A DNA stretch of 30,609 bases from assembly GCA_009778835.1 (NCBI GenBank), contig WRFK01000001.1:1-30609 (forward strand), given 5' to 3'. The notes under the pieces are model-generated. The model was given only the letters and a program-made list of their open reading frames with translations. It was not told the origin of the DNA and searched no databases. Source of the DNA: Spirochaetaceae bacterium. GTDB taxonomy: Bacteria; Spirochaetota; Spirochaetia; CADAEX01. A program made the position numbers and the translations under genes. Shown here one piece after another: positions 27,716 through 30,609 of the stretch. How positions within the stretch are numbered: the first letter of the stretch is position 1; each line of letters opens with the position of its first letter.

Positions 27716-27949
27716 ATGCAGGGCGATACCTATGCGGAAGCCTTTGAAAATATCCAGGATGCAATGGAAGGCTGGATTGAAACAAAACTGGAAAATGGGC
27801 TTTCAATTCCAAAACCCGTTGATGAAAGCCAATATAGCGGTAAATTTGTCCTTCGTGTTCCTAAAACCCTTCATGCTCGTCTTGTCATGGAGGCTGAAAA
27901 AGAAGGTGTGTCGCTTAATCAATATGCGCTGTATCGGCTGAGTATGTAG
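27716..27949 (+). pseudogene. hicB: 5'-truncated HicB-family antitoxin
   Basis: Starts at MQGDT.EAFENI.DA; C-terminal SGKFVLRVPKTLH ribbon-helix-helix intact; in-frame stop at 27689; no hicA nearby. Confidence 0.75.
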
Positions 27950-27993
27950 TAGCGTTGTGGGATACTGTATTAATTAAGGGAGATTCCTCTCGT

Positions 27994-28092
27994 GATGTCG
28001 ATGTTATTGAATGGTTACAGAGTGGAGGAAGGGGCTGGCAGACCCGAATGAATGATATTTTTCGGGAGGCGATGTTACATTCGGAATCTTAA
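27994..28092 (+). pseudogene. C-terminal fragment of a BrnA/DUF4415 antitoxin
   Basis: Manual translation DVDVIEWLQSGGRGWQTRMNDIFREAMLHSES-stop matches the D.DV..W....G.GWQTR.N motif; below the ORF-track length cutoff. Confidence 0.75.
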
Positions 28093-28153
28093 CTAGACTC
28101 TATAAAGCAAGAAGGAATTCTAAAGTGACCATGGAAGAAAGAGAAAAAGATTT

Positions 28154-29392
28154 ATGACTTACATTACAATTAAAGATCAACGCGTTGATCAAATAAGGTG
28201 TTCTAGCAAAAAAACAGATGTTTCTCCGGGGTGGATTATAGTGCCTGATGGCTTTAAAGGCTCCCATGGTGATCATATTGATTGGTTCACAGAAGATTGG
28301 ATTCGTATTCCAGATGATAAACTAATAGAGCTGGGAAAACGTTTTGATAAACGTGGTCGATATTATAGTAAAACCGCAATCGGACGGGTGTGGGATATTT
28401 TATACCTTGATATGGATCCTGGATCAGATTGGACAAATCTGCCTCCTCTTGAAAATGAACCTTACCAAAAATTTGATGAAGCTAGTGGACAATGGGTTAT
28501 TGATATAAAAAACAAATCTGCCTTAGAGAATATGTCATTGATGGGACATTTAGATCCTTATAATAAAATAGAAGTCCCAGAATTCATCTATCATTATACA
28601 AGCTTAGATGGTTTTATAAAAATTTTAGATTCAAAAACCTTTTTTATGTTTAATATTTACCAAATGAATGACTATAAAGAAAATGTGACAATATTTGATG
28701 TTTTGACTAGAATAATATCTCAAAAAAAATCTTTTATTCCAGATGATTATCTGAAAAAACTTGATGAAGTTTTTAAGAATTTTGATATAGCCTTTACATT
28801 TGTAAGTTGTTTTACAGAATTGAGAGATTCTCTTTCTCAATGGAGATCTTATGGGGATGATGGTAATGGAATTTGTATGATAATAAATCCTAAAAATCTC
28901 GGAATTAATTATTCTTTGCCTTCCCCTAATATTTCGAGTAAATGTGTTTCATTCCATAATGTTGTTTATGCAACTGAGCAACAGGATAAAATAATCGGAG
29001 AAATATTAGATCAAGCTATAAGGAAAAATGGAGCTATAGATTTTGCAAATCATGTGTATGAACTTATTGCAAGATTTGCTCCAATATTCAAAATCAAAGA
29101 ATTCCAAGAAGAGAAGGAATGGCGAATTATTTATAAAACACCACTTTTAGAGAAAGAAACCCTTGGAGTATTATCGCTCGATTCAAGACATGATATTGGA
29201 TTTATAAACACACGAAATAATTTGAGATCTTACTTTCCACTGCAAATTGATAAAAGAAAATTCATTGATTCAGTAACTGGTATTATTTTGGGGCCAAAAT
29301 CAATAATACCTCTTATGGAAATATCAACACTATTAAATACAAAAGGCTATCGAAATATTGAAATAAGAAAATCTAGAATATCCTATAGATAA
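28154..29392 (+). CDS. DUF2971-domain protein with ~125-aa N-terminal phage tail-associated-like segment
   Basis: YHYTSLDG, MND..E, VSCFTE..DSLSQWRSYG..GNGIC, FQEEKEWRII, IILGPK; N-terminal W93-D117 motif. Confidence 0.8.
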   Translation: MTYITIKDQRVDQIRCSSKKTDVSPGWIIVPDGFKGSHGDHIDWFTEDWIRIPDDKLIELGKRFDKRGRYYSKTAIGRVWDILYLDMDPGSDWTNLPPLENEPYQKFDEASGQWVIDIKNKSALENMSLMGHLDPYNKIEVPEFIYHYTSLDGFIKILDSKTFFMFNIYQMNDYKENVTIFDVLTRIISQKKSFIPDDYLKKLDEVFKNFDIAFTFVSCFTELRDSLSQWRSYGDDGNGICMIINPKNLGINYSLPSPNISSKCVSFHNVVYATEQQDKIIGEILDQAIRKNGAIDFANHVYELIARFAPIFKIKEFQEEKEWRIIYKTPLLEKETLGVLSLDSRHDIGFINTRNNLRSYFPLQIDKRKFIDSVTGIILGPKSIIPLMEISTLLNTKGYRNIEIRKSRISYR

Positions 29393-29507
29393 AATAACTG
29401 TACCCAATTATGAATTTATTGCCTAATGGGTAATATGGAACTGAATGATTCATTATTAAGTTAATCCAAAATGTTATGGGCTCATATAAAAGGGCTATAC
29501 AATTGCA

Positions 29508-30609
29508 CTAATCCCTCTTGCAGTAGAACCTAAAATCGCAGTTTGCACACACCCTACCTGATGAACTCTTATGCTCAAAATTCCGATCCTGTATCTTGCG
29601 GACAATATGGTCAAAATCTTTTATTGTTTCTTTTATCTCCATTTTGGATGGATCAAAACTGATAGTTGGTGCACCATCTTCTTCCCCAGTATAATATAAA
29701 TGTAGTTTATTGACTTTCTTTCCTGTATTCTGTTCTACAAGATAAGCGTATACCTGTAATTGTTTTTTATAGCGATCAATTTTTTCTTTTTCCTTTACTA
29801 AATCAGGTTTTTTCTCGGACTTAAAATCAATAATTTCTACTACATCTTGACTATCGATATCTGGACTGCGGATAAGGTCAATTTTACCGTCAATTATATA
29901 ATCTTCTTTAACAAGGCTAACTCCAACTTCAGCTTCCACAACCGCTTCCCATTTATCTTGGTGCTTTTCAGCGTAACGAAGTATACTCTTTAGTGCTGCT
30001 TTTAACTGCGGTTCGTTCAGGTAAGTGTGTTCTGCCTTTGATAGTGAATCATAATTTGTATCAAACCAAGATGTTATGTTTCCTTCACTTATAATTTCCT
30101 TTTCACCTCTGAGTGCGGTTTTATGAATATCCTCGATTGTCTGATGAACAAGGCGTCCATAAAGAGTAGCACCAATCCGTATCGGAGAAAACTCCAGCAC
30201 ATTGAAAAACTTATACTGCACACCACAAGTTTCATAAACGCTAATATCTGAAGTGAAAGCATAACTTTCCTTTATGTTTACATCTTTAATTTTTTCAAAT
30301 TCTAACTTTGCAATATCTATTTCTTTAGAAAAAATAGAATGTGCATCATTAAATTGATCTTTAAAATATTTATTTGGATCTCCCTTTGTTTCAGGACTGA
30401 TAAGAACCAGCAGATTTTGTGCCCTTGAAAAAGCAGTATAGTATAGTCTCCAAAAATCAAAATATTTTATTCTTTCCCTTGGCTCAAATGGTTGACGATG
30501 AAAATAGTCTCTTTCAACTTCGCCGATTATATTATCGTATGTATCTGTAGCTGAACTAGAAAGTGACCCAACCATTACTATTGGGAATTCCATTCCTTTT
30601 GACTGGTGA
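29508..30609 (-). CDS. UvrD/REP-like helicase fused to PD-(D/E)XK nuclease, 3' part only
   Basis: Frame open to the window edge: HQSKGMEFP, RLYYTAFSRAQ, then GRLVH, GKIDLI, IDFKS and Cys set C...CANCDFRFYC. The ORF-track start at 30593 is internal. Confidence 0.88.
   Translation of the reverse strand, partial: HQSKGMEFPIVMVGSLSSSATDTYDNIIGEVERDYFHRQPFEPRERIKYFDFWRLYYTAFSRAQNLLVLISPETKGDPNKYFKDQFNDAHSIFSKEIDIAKLEFEKIKDVNIKESYAFTSDISVYETCGVQYKFFNVLEFSPIRIGATLYGRLVHQTIEDIHKTALRGEKEIISEGNITSWFDTNYDSLSKAEHTYLNEPQLKAALKSILRYAEKHQDKWEAVVEAEVGVSLVKEDYIIDGKIDLIRSPDIDSQDVVEIIDFKSEKKPDLVKEKEKIDRYKKQLQVYAYLVEQNTGKKVNKLHLYYTGEEDGAPTISFDPSKMEIKETIKDFDHIVRKIQDRNFEHKSSSGRVCANCDFRFYCKRD

Larger units (their letters stand above)
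16604..30609. mobile_element. tRNA-adjacent defence/accessory island; right boundary outside the window
   Basis: Switch at the tRNA 3' end from housekeeping genes to TA, Abi, R-M and gene fragments; several ORFs are visibly AT-richer. No integrase or attR seen in the window. Confidence 0.7.

Noticed and set aside
1-30609. CRISPR array, rRNA, intact transposase or integrase
   Set aside because: No regularly spaced repeats, rRNA-like sequence, or DDE/tyrosine/serine recombinase motifs were seen; the Cas4-like cysteines belong to the helicase fusion.

Overview
Bacterial window, most likely from a spirochaete (Treponema-like), with two halves. Positions 1-16.5 kb are housekeeping and envelope genes: the DUF5362-RDD-SpoIIM-DUF4129-DUF4350-MoxR-DUF58 operon, lgt, a MinD/FlhG-like ATPase, a CtpA-type S41 protease, yjbQ, rsmE, a TagA/WecB-like protein, fxsA, trxA, a CoA-binding protein, an outer-membrane beta-barrel, an RseC-like protein and a YmdB-like protein. 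From tRNA-Leu(CAG) at 16520-16603 to the window edge lies an AT-richer defence island with no integrase in view. It holds a HigBA-type TA pair, a HEPN-motif orphan, Abi_C and FRG proteins separated by attC-like junctions, a type III R-M system, an XRE regulator, AbiH, HicB and BrnA antitoxin fragments, a DUF2971 protein with a phage tail-fibre-assembly-like N-terminus, and the 3' part of a UvrD/PD-(D/E)XK helicase-nuclease. The most interesting signals are four: (1) the tail-fibre-assembly-like::DUF2971 fusion; (2) the degenerate cassette-like array of defence genes; (3) a diverged copy of the helicase-nuclease 3' end bracketing a 3.2 kb defence block; (4) a REP-like palindrome translated as the MoxR C-terminus. 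Family assignments come from recalled motifs only; no database search was run.
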